Source: an uncultured Bacillota bacterium (GTDB taxonomy: Bacteria; Sysuimicrobiota; Sysuimicrobiia; Sysuimicrobiales; Segetimicrobiaceae). Taken from it: a stretch of 64,000 nt of DNA. The notes under the pieces were generated by a model, which saw only the letters and a program-made list of their open reading frames with translations, was not told the DNA's origin and did not search any database. The translations under genes and the position numbers were made by a program. Shown one piece after another: positions 19,370 to 28,237 of this stretch (position 1 is the stretch's first letter; each line of letters begins with the position of its first letter). Location: positions 768,001-832,000 of the forward strand of contig CAWDRG010000009.1 in the NCBI GenBank assembly GCA_963804645.1, read 5' to 3'.

Positions 19370-20084
19370 GCATAGAGGAGGGATCGCGAAGCCGACCATC
19401 GCCGCGGTGCTGGCGCAGTTCCTCGCGGACCAGCGTGAGCGGCTTGCCCCAAGGACGTTCATACGGTACGAGCAGGTGGTCGAGCTACTCAGGCACAGCC
19501 TAGACGGTTATGCCTACCAGTCGCTCGACGAGGCCGATGCAAAGCTCTTCGACCGCCTTTACAACGCGGAAGACAAGGAGCACCGGGAGTTCTGCGAGAT
19601 CTTCGGGCCGGCGCATATCCTGCCGAACGTCGGTGCGTTCCTCAACTACTTCATGGTTCGGAAGGTGATCGCTGGCGCAGACCTCTTGCGCGCGGCCGGG
19701 ACCGTGACGGGGAAGCTGGCCGCCTGGCTGATGGAAAAGGGGTATGCCGGGAGCGAGGATGCCAGCGATGCCGCAGAACGTGGCGCCGCCGCCATGCGTG
19801 ATCTCCCGAAGGCCAAGGAGCTGGCATCCCGCCTCCGCCGATTCACCGAAGACCAAGAGCTGTGCGACGAAGACGACGAGGTTGAGGATCACTTCACCAT
19901 CACGCGGGTAGAACGCGATAAGGTTTGGCTCGAGGGGATGCTCGACGGACGGGAGCTGGGTCCCATCGACGTCCCGGAGGACATCAGCCGCCGCTGCAAG
20001 GTCGGCTGGACGATCTCCGGCGTGGTCTGCCGCGTTGTCGGGAGGTGGCGGATTGTCGAGGCCTGGAACGTGTACCCGGGGTGA
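19359..20084 (+). CDS. Conserved hypothetical protein (helical N-domain, beta-rich C-domain)
   Basis: 241 aa with typical codon usage. Motifs FCEIFGP, YFMVRKV, GPIDVP, VGWTISG. Confidence 0.8.
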   Translation: MGPEHRGGIAKPTIAAVLAQFLADQRERLAPRTFIRYEQVVELLRHSLDGYAYQSLDEADAKLFDRLYNAEDKEHREFCEIFGPAHILPNVGAFLNYFMVRKVIAGADLLRAAGTVTGKLAAWLMEKGYAGSEDASDAAERGAAAMRDLPKAKELASRLRRFTEDQELCDEDDEVEDHFTITRVERDKVWLEGMLDGRELGPIDVPEDISRRCKVGWTISGVVCRVVGRWRIVEAWNVYPG

Positions 20085-20345
20085 GCATAGTGGTCGGAGC
20101 GAACAACTCGCACGGCGATGCCAAGCGGTACAGGAAGAGGATATCGGTTCTCGATCTCCTGAAGCCTGGGGAGGCCGAGACCATCCTGCGTCACCTGCTC
20201 GCCGCCCATCCAGAGTTTGGGGTCGAGGCCGAGCAGATCGCCAGATCGGTTCTGAACGACGTGTCGTTCGGGTCGGTTGCCGATGACGTCGAGGATCGCG
20301 CGCGGGCTTTGGGCCTTGACGACCTCAACGGCCGCGCGGGGTCGT
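20081..20345 (+). pseudogene. 3'-truncated hypothetical gene
   Basis: GTGA-coupled to the previous gene. Protein-like to DDLNGRAG, then runs into the antisense strand of the RES gene. Confidence 0.5.
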
Positions 20346-20371
20346 CATTGGACCGCCTGACCGCGGGGCAT

Positions 20372-21022
20372 TCATGGGAGTTCGGCTATTCCGTATCGCT
20401 CGTAGATCTGGGCCAATCGCTCCCTGAGCTTAGGATCTTTCAACCCTCCAATTGAGTCCACCCAAATCTTGCCGCTCGCCCGATCGAAGATAGCCACTGC
20501 CGTTTCACTGGGATCGCGACGGGGATGGTAGAGGATCCCGTCCGGCGCGCGCGGGTGCGACCAGAACGCGAGGCTCCAGCGTCGCGCAACGAGGTGAGAG
20601 CCGCTCGTTAACCGGCCATCGGCACCGAGACGCCCCAGCCCCGGCCCTCGCAAATCGACACAGCGCAGCGGTTCCTGAGGCGTCACCAGGGCCAGGCCAT
20701 AGCTTGCAACCGTACTACCCGAGACCGGGACCGTGGCACCCGAGGCCGACATCGTGATTGCGGCCAGGGTGCCAGGCGCTGGCAAGAGGGTTTCCGCGAA
20801 CGCTACGAACGTCGTGGTGCCTGTATACATGACCCCGTACTCACCATGGGGTGCGTCCCAACGGTTCGTTCGCGAGCGGCCGAAGAATTTCGACGTATGC
20901 TTGAGCCGGTGGATCCGATACAATTCTGAGGATTGTTCGGTGATGGGAAGCGCTCGCCGCGAAAGATCAAGCGGTGGATCAGGGTGTCCGCCAGGTGCGT
21001 CGTCAGGTTCAGGCTGCGCCAT
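20372..21022 (-). CDS. RES-domain toxin (NAD+-targeting family)
   Basis: LYRIH, NRWDAP.GEYGVMY, AFAETL, DGILY motifs. Overlaps the antitoxin stop. Confidence 0.85.
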   Translation of the reverse strand: MAQPEPDDAPGGHPDPPLDLSRRALPITEQSSELYRIHRLKHTSKFFGRSRTNRWDAPHGEYGVMYTGTTTFVAFAETLLPAPGTLAAITMSASGATVPVSGSTVASYGLALVTPQEPLRCVDLRGPGLGRLGADGRLTSGSHLVARRWSLAFWSHPRAPDGILYHPRRDPSETAVAIFDRASGKIWVDSIGGLKDPKLRERLAQIYERYGIAELP

Positions 21023-21707
21023 GCTCGCCAAAAAGCGCCGCGGCTGTCTTTACTTCTTCCGTCTTCCCCTTCCGTAGGGCATCGAGAGGCCTCTGGTCAT
21101 CGAGCCGATCGTTCGGGCTCAGCATGAAAATGAGTTGTGCCCATGGATCATTCGGTTCGAGCGCGCGTAATACGCTCTCCCACCCCGACAATACACCATG
21201 TCGGACAAATTGCCATGAGGGATACAGATATCCGCGGCGCCCGACAGTAAGCGCCAACAGTTTCTCTGATTTACGGCGCTTGTCCACTGATTGGCGCGAT
21301 ACGCCAAGATGTGAGGCAACCCGCTCGACGGTCCAGGCTCCGCCTTCTGCGTCCAGGAGTTGTTGGCGGGCCTCGAGGCCTCGTGCGCGGGCAGTAGTCA
21401 GGATCTGCTCCGGATCTGTCCGGTCGACCATCTCCGGTGCTTCGAGCACCCGCAGCACGGCCTGGATATTTGTACTTGCCGCCGCCGCTTCGCCAAGTGT
21501 GGGTGTCGGAACGCGACGGAGCGCCTCGGTTGCCGTTGCCAGCCAGCGAGTCAAGAGCGCTTCACGAAGTTCATCGCCGCGGACGTTGAGAGCCTGGCTC
21601 ACTGCCTCGGCTAGGGATCGCGACGTGCCTTTGAGGGTGAGCGTATCCGGAGATCGCCCGCGGTCCCGAATCCGAACTGTCTCACGAGTCGCAGCAGTGC
21701 GCGTCAT
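21009..21707 (-). CDS. Antitoxin of RES module (HTH plus Xre/MbcA/ParS-like C-terminus)
   Basis: VASHLGVSRQSVDKRR HTH, YLYPSWQF, LSPNDRL...PLDALR. Directly upstream of the RES gene. Confidence 0.85.
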   Translation of the reverse strand: MTRTAATRETVRIRDRGRSPDTLTLKGTSRSLAEAVSQALNVRGDELREALLTRWLATATEALRRVPTPTLGEAAAASTNIQAVLRVLEAPEMVDRTDPEQILTTARARGLEARQQLLDAEGGAWTVERVASHLGVSRQSVDKRRKSEKLLALTVGRRGYLYPSWQFVRHGVLSGWESVLRALEPNDPWAQLIFMLSPNDRLDDQRPLDALRKGKTEEVKTAAALFGEHGAA

Positions 21708-21732
21708 AGTTGTTCAACCGCCTTCTCACTAA

Positions 21733-21780
21733 GGGTTGACTAACTATAAGAATATAATACAGTATATCTCTCGTCAACCC
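21733..21780 (-). promoter_or_regulatory. Promoter and inverted-repeat operator of the RES TA operon
   Basis: TTGACG-17-TATTCT on the minus strand, bracketed by an 8-bp inverted repeat GGGTTGAC...GTCAACCC. Confidence 0.7.
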
Positions 21781-21931
21781 CAATATTCTTCGCCAAGCTT
21801 CACGCGCGCCGGGTTTTGGGGCACCCTTGGGGCACGCTCGCCACCGTCAGGGATCTTCGCGGCTCCCGTCTATCTCAGAAGTCTCGATTCCACTACGATC
21901 TCTAGCCTCTGGAGACATAGTGGATTGCGGT

Positions 21932-21964
21932 AGATTCCCTGAAAACGCACTCGGAATGCACACG
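21932..21964 (+). repeat. att-like scar 4
   Basis: AGATTCCCTGAAAACGCACTCGGAATGCACACG, direct repeat of 10873-10905. Confidence 0.75.
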
Positions 21965-21995
21965 TCAACCTCTCCGTGCGTTGGCGTGGCGAGCA

Positions 21996-22373
21996 CTAGG
22001 GTCTTCGCGTGCCGGCAATTGCACGTTGTACTATGCGAGGATCACGCTGAATCACCGCGAGGAGGATTCGAGCTGGCCGATCTGGTACGGCGCGGCCCTG
22101 CTCCCACTGTTCGATCGTCCGTTGTGCGAGTCCAAAACGCTGGGCAAATTCTGCTTGCGTTAGGTTCATCTGGTCACGGATTTGCCGCACATTGGGGATT
22201 GGTGGTGTATGAACGGCACGAATCCTGACATTGGGTGGCAGCTCTGGTGCGGTGTCCGGATCCGCAGCTATCCACCGCTTGATGTCCTTGGCAGTTGCCA
22301 CCCGCACGCGCTTGAGGCCGACACGGCCTCTTGTCCTACGAATCTCCCCTCGAGAACGTCTGGTGGTAGACAT
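21996..22373 (-). CDS. XRE/Cro-type HTH antitoxin (HigA-like)
   Basis: VRQIR...NLTQAEFAQRFG....TIEQWEQGR..PD.PARILL. Start overlaps the 3' end of the brnT remnant. Confidence 0.88.
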   Translation of the reverse strand: MSTTRRSRGEIRRTRGRVGLKRVRVATAKDIKRWIAADPDTAPELPPNVRIRAVHTPPIPNVRQIRDQMNLTQAEFAQRFGLAQRTIEQWEQGRAVPDRPARILLAVIQRDPRIVQRAIAGTRRP

Positions 22374-22618
22374 TTCGCTCCCTTCTTGATGCGGGTCGTG
22401 CTGAGATTATCCGCTTTACCTCGCCGCGCAGTGTGTAGACCACGACAAAGATGTCGTGGTCTACTTTCCCCATTGCGACGATTCGTTGCTCGTGGTACTC
22501 GTGGCGAGCATCTTGTCATTCCAACACATCGCCGTCAAAGATTCTTGATGCGCACGCGAAGTCAAATCCAACGCTCCGTCAAGTTCTTGTCACTCTTGCT
22601 CTGGTCCCATTCGAACAT
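22336..22618 (-). pseudogene. brnT: BrnT-family ribonuclease toxin, inactivated
   Basis: Reconstructed MFEWDQSKSDKNLTER/GFDFACASRIFDGDVLE*QDARHEYHEQRIVAMGKVDHDIFVVVYTLRGEVKRIISARPASRRER. One-base insertion near 22570 and in-frame TGA at 22516-22518. Confidence 0.85.
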
Positions 22619-22655
22619 GATCTGCAGTCAACACCGCGAATGGCGATGATATCAT

Positions 22656-22677
22656 TAGTACCAATTCTAGGGTACTA
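22656..22677 (-). promoter_or_regulatory. Palindromic operator over the -10 of the brnT-HTH operon
   Basis: TAGTACC-8 nt-GGTACTA perfect inverted repeat containing TAGAAT on the minus strand. Confidence 0.6.
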
Positions 22678-22752
22678 CGCATTCCGCGTATCCGTTAATA
22701 GCGTATGCTTAAGCACTGCTGTAGACTTTTAGAACATGGTATTTGAAATTCG

Positions 22753-22790
22753 GCGCACTCGGCGTGCGCAAGTCATCAATTCGGATTCCG
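22753..22790 (+). repeat. Highly degenerate tRNA-Thr fragment (scar 5)
   Basis: GCGCACTCGGCGTGCGCAAGTCATCAATTCGGATTCCG: same anticodon-arm core, then a GTCATC..TTC..ATTCCG T-arm remnant. Confidence 0.5.
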
Positions 22791-22864
22791 CAGCGTGCGC
22801 CTCCATTTTTCACGAAGGGTTGAACAGTTTTGCGATCGTCCAGTGTTGCCGCTGACGGAGCCGA

Positions 22865-24904
22865 CTACGACGCATCTCCCCGGGCGCCGGCGGAGAGGTT
22901 TCCACTGCCGCCAAACGCCTGGAGGATTCTTTCCATCAGCTGTGGCACATCTGCCGCTGTCGGGCGCTCGCCGCGCGTGGTAGCCTCGTCGACAAGACGG
23001 CATAGTCGTTCGCGCAGGAGCGTACGCACTCTCCCTGGGAACGGATTCAGGGCGTGATTCGCGGTGGTGACGAACGCATCCGACCAAACCTGCTCGTAGG
23101 CCTCCCGCTCTGGTCCGAAATCGAACTCTGGTAGGGAGCCTCTCCGGCCTCGCATCTCGGCCCGCCGCGTGCCGGTGGCAGTGTCGTCCACGGCAAACCG
23201 ATCGTCCACGGAAACGCCAAATTGGTCAAGAGCATACCGACGGGTGATGATCCCTCGGTGCACGTCGTGTGCGACCTCAAGCGGGTCTCGTTCTAGCGGA
23301 TCACCATACCCCCCGCCTCCCGGTGTGCCGATGCGCAGCACGTCCCCGAACTCTAAATGAAGCACATCGATTTTGCCGATATCGACTTCGCGTTGCGTTC
23401 CTGGATTCAGCAACGTATAGCCGGTTGCCCCCGGGCGCCCCCCCAGGCGTCCCCATGGACGGAAGGTGTACCGGTCCATCGCTCTGGAGGTTATCGTGGC
23501 CTCGGGAGCGAGGATCTGTAGTTCGATCTCCATCCCGGCGCCACCGCGGTAGCGGCCGGCGCCGGCCGAGTCGGGACGCAGGCGGTAGTGTCGGATTCGA
23601 AGCGGCATGTCGGCCTCAATTGACTCAACCGGAATGTTCCGAAGGAAGCCAATCGCGAACTCGATGCCGTCGATGCCGTCCTTCGTCGGACGTCCTCCCG
23701 ATCCGCCAACCAACGGTTCGACCACGCTCACTTTGCTGCCGCCGGTCTGGAGATCTGGCACCTGAAGCAGGAAGATGGATCCCTGGCCCGCCCCCGCCGC
23801 TGGAACGATATCAGGACGAGCCTGGGCCAGCGCTCCCATGATCACGTCGACCAGGCGAACTTGGGTCGCGGAGCGGTTCCCAACCGCTACCCCAAACTCT
23901 GGATTAAGCACGTTACCTCGAGGGATGACCAGCGAGACCGGACGAGCCAGCCCGGAGTTGTACGCTAGGTCACCGCGAACCGACCGCAGATACCCGATCA
24001 ACGAGAATACGAACTGCCAGTGTCCGTTGCGGGCGTGCGACGGTAGGTTATACGATTGGCGTGTTTGCGGGTCCGACTCTGAGAAATCGAGGGTGATGCG
24101 CCCGGCCACCACACGCATCGCGAGTTTGAGGCGGATGGGCCGACCGCCGCCGGAATCGCCCTCGAGATAGTCCCAGAACACGTACGTCCCGTCGGGAATC
24201 TTGGAAAACTCCTGAAGCGCCTGCTGCTCCGCGTAGTCAAGCACGTCACCGATCGCACGCTGTACCGCATCGATCCCGTACCGTTCCAGCAATCCCGTGA
24301 CGCGTGCCTCGGCCCGGTTGAGGGCGGAAACCAGCGCCTTAATGTCACCCCAGTTCTGGTCGGGAATACGGCAATTGGCCCGGATCAAGCCCAACAACTC
24401 ACGATTCAACTCACCGCGGCGGAACAACTTGGATACCGGGATGCGAAGGCCTTCCTGGTAGGTCTCGTAGCTGGATGGGGCGATACTTCCCGGTACGATG
24501 CCGCCCACGTCAGAGGAGTGAATGAACGCCCACGCGTAGCACACGACCTGCCCTTGCCACCAGACCGGTTTCCAGACATAAATATCCGGCAGGTGAGTCG
24601 CCATTCCACCGGTACCCCAAACGTCGTTCGAGACAAACACATCCCCCGGCTCGACGCCGAGATCAGCCGATGCTCGGATCGCCACATCGCAGGGCACGCC
24701 GATCATGAGGGCGATCCCGTAGTTGGTTGGGGCCGCCATGACTTCACCTTCTAGCGACACGAGTGCCGCACCGAAGTCGGAGGTTTCCTTCACAAACACG
24801 GTGTGGCCGCCGCGGAGGATTAACGAAGCCATTTCCTCGACAATGGCTTGCAATCGGCTCCGAAAGACCTCAACCATGACAGGGTCGATCGCGCGCTTCG
24901 ACAT
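22865..24904 (-). CDS. Hydantoinase B / oxoprolinase family subunit (long form)
   Basis: IDPV..EV, KETSDF, PGDVFVSND, HLPD, HSSDVGG..PGS, YQEG, GGGGYGDP. Confidence 0.92.
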   Translation of the reverse strand: MSKRAIDPVMVEVFRSRLQAIVEEMASLILRGGHTVFVKETSDFGAALVSLEGEVMAAPTNYGIALMIGVPCDVAIRASADLGVEPGDVFVSNDVWGTGGMATHLPDIYVWKPVWWQGQVVCYAWAFIHSSDVGGIVPGSIAPSSYETYQEGLRIPVSKLFRRGELNRELLGLIRANCRIPDQNWGDIKALVSALNRAEARVTGLLERYGIDAVQRAIGDVLDYAEQQALQEFSKIPDGTYVFWDYLEGDSGGGRPIRLKLAMRVVAGRITLDFSESDPQTRQSYNLPSHARNGHWQFVFSLIGYLRSVRGDLAYNSGLARPVSLVIPRGNVLNPEFGVAVGNRSATQVRLVDVIMGALAQARPDIVPAAGAGQGSIFLLQVPDLQTGGSKVSVVEPLVGGSGGRPTKDGIDGIEFAIGFLRNIPVESIEADMPLRIRHYRLRPDSAGAGRYRGGAGMEIELQILAPEATITSRAMDRYTFRPWGRLGGRPGATGYTLLNPGTQREVDIGKIDVLHLEFGDVLRIGTPGGGGYGDPLERDPLEVAHDVHRGIITRRYALDQFGVSVDDRFAVDDTATGTRRAEMRGRRGSLPEFDFGPEREAYEQVWSDAFVTTANHALNPFPGRVRTLLRERLCRLVDEATTRGERPTAADVPQLMERILQAFGGSGNLSAGARGDAS

Positions 24905-25392
24905 CACTTCCCGTGCGCCTCCCCAATCGGGTTGCTGTGAGCGTCGACGCCGATGCAAAATTCCATCCGCACGACTGTTGGTCGTGCGAGGGGCGTGGGG
25001 CCCACAACCGCTTCGCCCAGCATCAACGCGGTGCGATCGCACGTACCGGCGGTCATGTCGCTCCTCAGATGATCTTGAGTTTGGCCTGTGGCTCCGGCCG
25101 CCACCCGGCGCGCGATGCGTTCCCTCTGGGGACGGCCCGCGGCTTGGGTCTGCGCGTCGAAATTTCGCGGGCTAAGCTCGATACCCTTTGCCGAACGAAT
25201 GCGGGCCCGGGTAGGCGCGGTCTCTCGGGAGACGTCCATTCGGAGCCGACCATCGGCTCGCGTCTTGCGCAGTGCACAAGTTCGGTCTTGTCGCCGACTC
25301 AACGCGCAGCCCCGTCGCCCTTACGTCGGATGATCGTGGGATCATGATCGGCCGCTATCCCGACGTATTTCTAGCCTAACGCATGTTCCATA

Positions 25393-25453
25393 TTGACGCG
25401 TCGAGGCCGTGGGGGTGTAATGCTCATAGGGACCCTGTCGACCGAGTCGACAG
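25393..25453 (+). promoter_or_regulatory. Promoter and palindromic operator of catabolic operon 1
   Basis: TTGACG-17-TGTAAT followed by CTGTCGACCGAGTCGACAG (25435-25453). Confidence 0.7.
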
Positions 25454-25510
25454 CATTGGCGGATCGTTGGGCGCTCAGAGGTGCAGACAGGAAATCGGAG
25501 GTGACACCTT

Positions 25511-26194
25511 ATGGAGGAGTCGACGGTCACGACTTCCCCTTCTGAGATCATTGGCATGCTGCATCTGATTCGTACATCCACGCTCGCGGACATTCTTGAA
25601 GAGCACAGGTTTCACGGCGCCATGCACGGTCGCATTCACTGTATCGTGAACCCAGAGCGTAAGATGGTGGGCCGTGCGATCACGATGAAGAAAGCCGTAT
25701 ACCGATCCGATGCGCCAGAAGCCCGGTTGAGTTCGTCGCATCACCTCTTTTTGGTCCTCAATGAGGCGCGGCCCGGTGACGTGCTTGTGATCGACGGCCA
25801 GGGACTGATGGATGCGGCATCGTTTGGGGACCTGGCCGGGCGGGCCGCGCGTGCGAGAGGCATGGTCGGGGCGGTGTGTGACGGCGCAATCCGAGACGTA
25901 CGTGACCTGCGAAGCACCGGTCTGTCTGTATTTGCGGCGGGCGTACACACCTCTAGTGGCCTGAAGCGACTGCTCAGTTTGGACATGAATGTGCCAATTC
26001 GCTGCGGCGATGTCCCAGTGACTCCGGGCGACTACATCGTTGGCGATGAAGACGGCGTTGTCGTCGTGCCGTCGACGATGGCGCAGGCCGTCATCTCCGC
26101 GTTTCGCGCCGAACAGACAGAGTTCGCAGAGGCTGCGTTCATCGAGGCGACCGGAGATTTTCTCGGAGCGATGAAGCAGTTCGGGCGCGCGTAA
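25511..26194 (+). CDS. RraA / HMG-aldolase family protein
   Basis: PGDVLVIDG, FGDL, DGAIRD, CGDVPVTPGDYIVGDEDGVVVVP. Confidence 0.9.
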   Translation: MEESTVTTSPSEIIGMLHLIRTSTLADILEEHRFHGAMHGRIHCIVNPERKMVGRAITMKKAVYRSDAPEARLSSSHHLFLVLNEARPGDVLVIDGQGLMDAASFGDLAGRAARARGMVGAVCDGAIRDVRDLRSTGLSVFAAGVHTSSGLKRLLSLDMNVPIRCGDVPVTPGDYIVGDEDGVVVVPSTMAQAVISAFRAEQTEFAEAAFIEATGDFLGAMKQFGRA

Positions 26195-26218
26195 CCAACA
26201 GCGTGAGGGCGGTGGTGC

Positions 26219-27235
26219 GTGACAGAGCGCGTGAAGATTGTCGTCTTCGCTCAACTCAGTGAGGCACAGCTCGCCCGAATTCGAGCGGTGAGTCCAACCC
26301 TGGATGTTCGGTACGTCGGCGAGCCGTTGAGCATTCGCGAGAACCGGGTGTTCTTGTCACTGCCGGCGGAGGACGCGGCGGCGCAGCTACGTCCGCTGCT
26401 GAGTGACGCCGACATCATTTTGGGATACCCGGGCGATTTCACCCCTCCGTACCCCACGCCGAAACTTCAGTGGGTCCAGCTCCTCGGCGCGGGCACCAAC
26501 CATCTTCATAAGACCGGTCTCTGGCGCAGCCAGGTGACCGTGACGAACGCGAGCGGCGTGCACGCGGTCGCGATGAGTGAGTACGCCCTCATGTGCATGC
26601 TGATGCTCACGAACGACGCGTGGCGACTCCTTCGGCAGCAGCAGGCGCACACGTGGGAACGATGGCACCGGCCGACGCTCGCCGGCCGTTCCGTGGGCAT
26701 TCTCGGATACGGGGCGATCGGGTCCGAAGTCGCCCGCCTGTGCGCCGCCTTTAATATGACTGTCCGCGCGCTGGACATCACCTTTCCTGCCCATCGCCTC
26801 AACATCGGATATTTGAGCGAGGTGTATCCACCGCAGCAGCTCCGCCACATGCTGGCCCTCAGTGATTACGTCGTCAACTGTCTCCCATTGACGGAGAGCA
26901 CCACTCACATCTTGGGAGCCGACGCGATCGCTACGATGCCGAGCGGATCCTTTATCATCAGTCTGTCCAGAGGCCCCATCGTGGATTTCTCCGCGCTGAC
27001 CGTGGCTCTCAAGAACGAGCATCTCGGCGGCGCGGCGCTCGACGTGACCGAACCGGAACCGCTGCCGGCGGACAGTCCGCTCTGGGACATGCCCAACGTG
27101 ATTATCTCGCCGCACATGTCGGGAATCTTTCAGACATACATGGATCGGCTCACAGACCTGTTCTGCCAGAACCTCAGATTTTACCTCGGCGGGTACCCTC
27201 TCGTGAACGTCGTGGACAAGGGAGCCGGGTACTAA
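26219..27235 (+). CDS. D-2-hydroxyacid dehydrogenase family
   Basis: GILGYGAIG, LPLTEST, SRG, ALDVTEPEP, SPHMS. Confidence 0.92.
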   Translation: MTERVKIVVFAQLSEAQLARIRAVSPTLDVRYVGEPLSIRENRVFLSLPAEDAAAQLRPLLSDADIILGYPGDFTPPYPTPKLQWVQLLGAGTNHLHKTGLWRSQVTVTNASGVHAVAMSEYALMCMLMLTNDAWRLLRQQQAHTWERWHRPTLAGRSVGILGYGAIGSEVARLCAAFNMTVRALDITFPAHRLNIGYLSEVYPPQQLRHMLALSDYVVNCLPLTESTTHILGADAIATMPSGSFIISLSRGPIVDFSALTVALKNEHLGGAALDVTEPEPLPADSPLWDMPNVIISPHMSGIFQTYMDRLTDLFCQNLRFYLGGYPLVNVVDKGAGY

Positions 27236-28237
27236 ATGCGTACGGGCAAGCCCCGGGTGGTGCTTGCCGATTTTATCAGTGGCGAATCGCTCCAGGCCTA
27301 CCGTGCCTTGCCCTCGGCGAAGCACCTCGACCTCGTGGCTCCCGGGGGCCCCGCGCATGACGACTTGGTGAGGTTGATGCGCACCGCCGATTTCCTCCTC
27401 GTACGTCGCCGCGCACTCGGCGCCGCGGCTTTCACCGAGGCGAAGGGATTGCGCGCCGTCGTGGTCGTCGGGGAGCGTGTGGACCTCGATCAAGCGGCGC
27501 TGGAGGCGCGCGGCGTGCTCGTCGAGCGGCGCCCGCGCCTGACGGCCCATGCCGTCGCCGACCTCGTCTTCGCGATGATGTTGGTGCTGAGCCGAGATCT
27601 GCTTGCGGCGCACCGCGGGGTCGCCGCGGGCGCCTATCGAGATCGAGGCTTGACGCCGCAGCCCACAACCGAGACCCAGGTCGCCTTCAACTGGCTCGGG
27701 CTGAAGGATGAGGGGCCGCTGTTTGGCAAGACGATGGGGCTGATTGGGCTGGGAGAAATCGGATGTTTGATCGCCGTGAGAGCGCGCGCCTTCGGGATGA
27801 ATGTCTGTTATCATAAGCGTCGGCCGTTCCCGCCACATGAAGAAGAACGGCTCGGAGTCGCATACCGGTCGCTTCCGCAGCTGTTGTCCGCAAGCGATTT
27901 TGTCAGCGCGCAGGTGCCGGATACGGTCGAGACCCGGGGGATGCTCGGGTTCGATCAACTGCGCTCGATGCGCCCCACATCCTATTTGATCAATGCGAGT
28001 CGCGGACGAGTCGTGGATGAAACGGCGCTGGCTGAGCTGCTGCGAGACGGGCGCATCGCCGGGGCCGGCCTTGACGTGTTCTGTCAGGAGCCGCTTCCGA
28101 GCGACAGTCCGCTGGCGGCGCTGCCGAACGTGATTTTGAGCCCGCACATCGGCGGCGGCGGCACGACGACCCTTCTCGGAGAGATGGAATCCGCGTTTGC
28201 TCGGATTCTGGCCCTTTGGAAAGGAGCGGAAGGTTGA
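27236..28237 (+). CDS. D-2-hydroxyacid dehydrogenase family (second)
   Basis: GLIGLGEIG, NASRG.VVDE, GLDVF..EP, SPHIGG. Confidence 0.9.
   Translation: MRTGKPRVVLADFISGESLQAYRALPSAKHLDLVAPGGPAHDDLVRLMRTADFLLVRRRALGAAAFTEAKGLRAVVVVGERVDLDQAALEARGVLVERRPRLTAHAVADLVFAMMLVLSRDLLAAHRGVAAGAYRDRGLTPQPTTETQVAFNWLGLKDEGPLFGKTMGLIGLGEIGCLIAVRARAFGMNVCYHKRRPFPPHEEERLGVAYRSLPQLLSASDFVSAQVPDTVETRGMLGFDQLRSMRPTSYLINASRGRVVDETALAELLRDGRIAGAGLDVFCQEPLPSDSPLAALPNVILSPHIGGGGTTTLLGEMESAFARILALWKGAEG

Noticed and set aside
8130..22790. CRISPR array from the repeated GCGCACTCGGAATGCGCA motif
   Set aside because: Copies are hundreds to thousands of bases apart, degenerate and tRNA-derived, and there are no cas genes.
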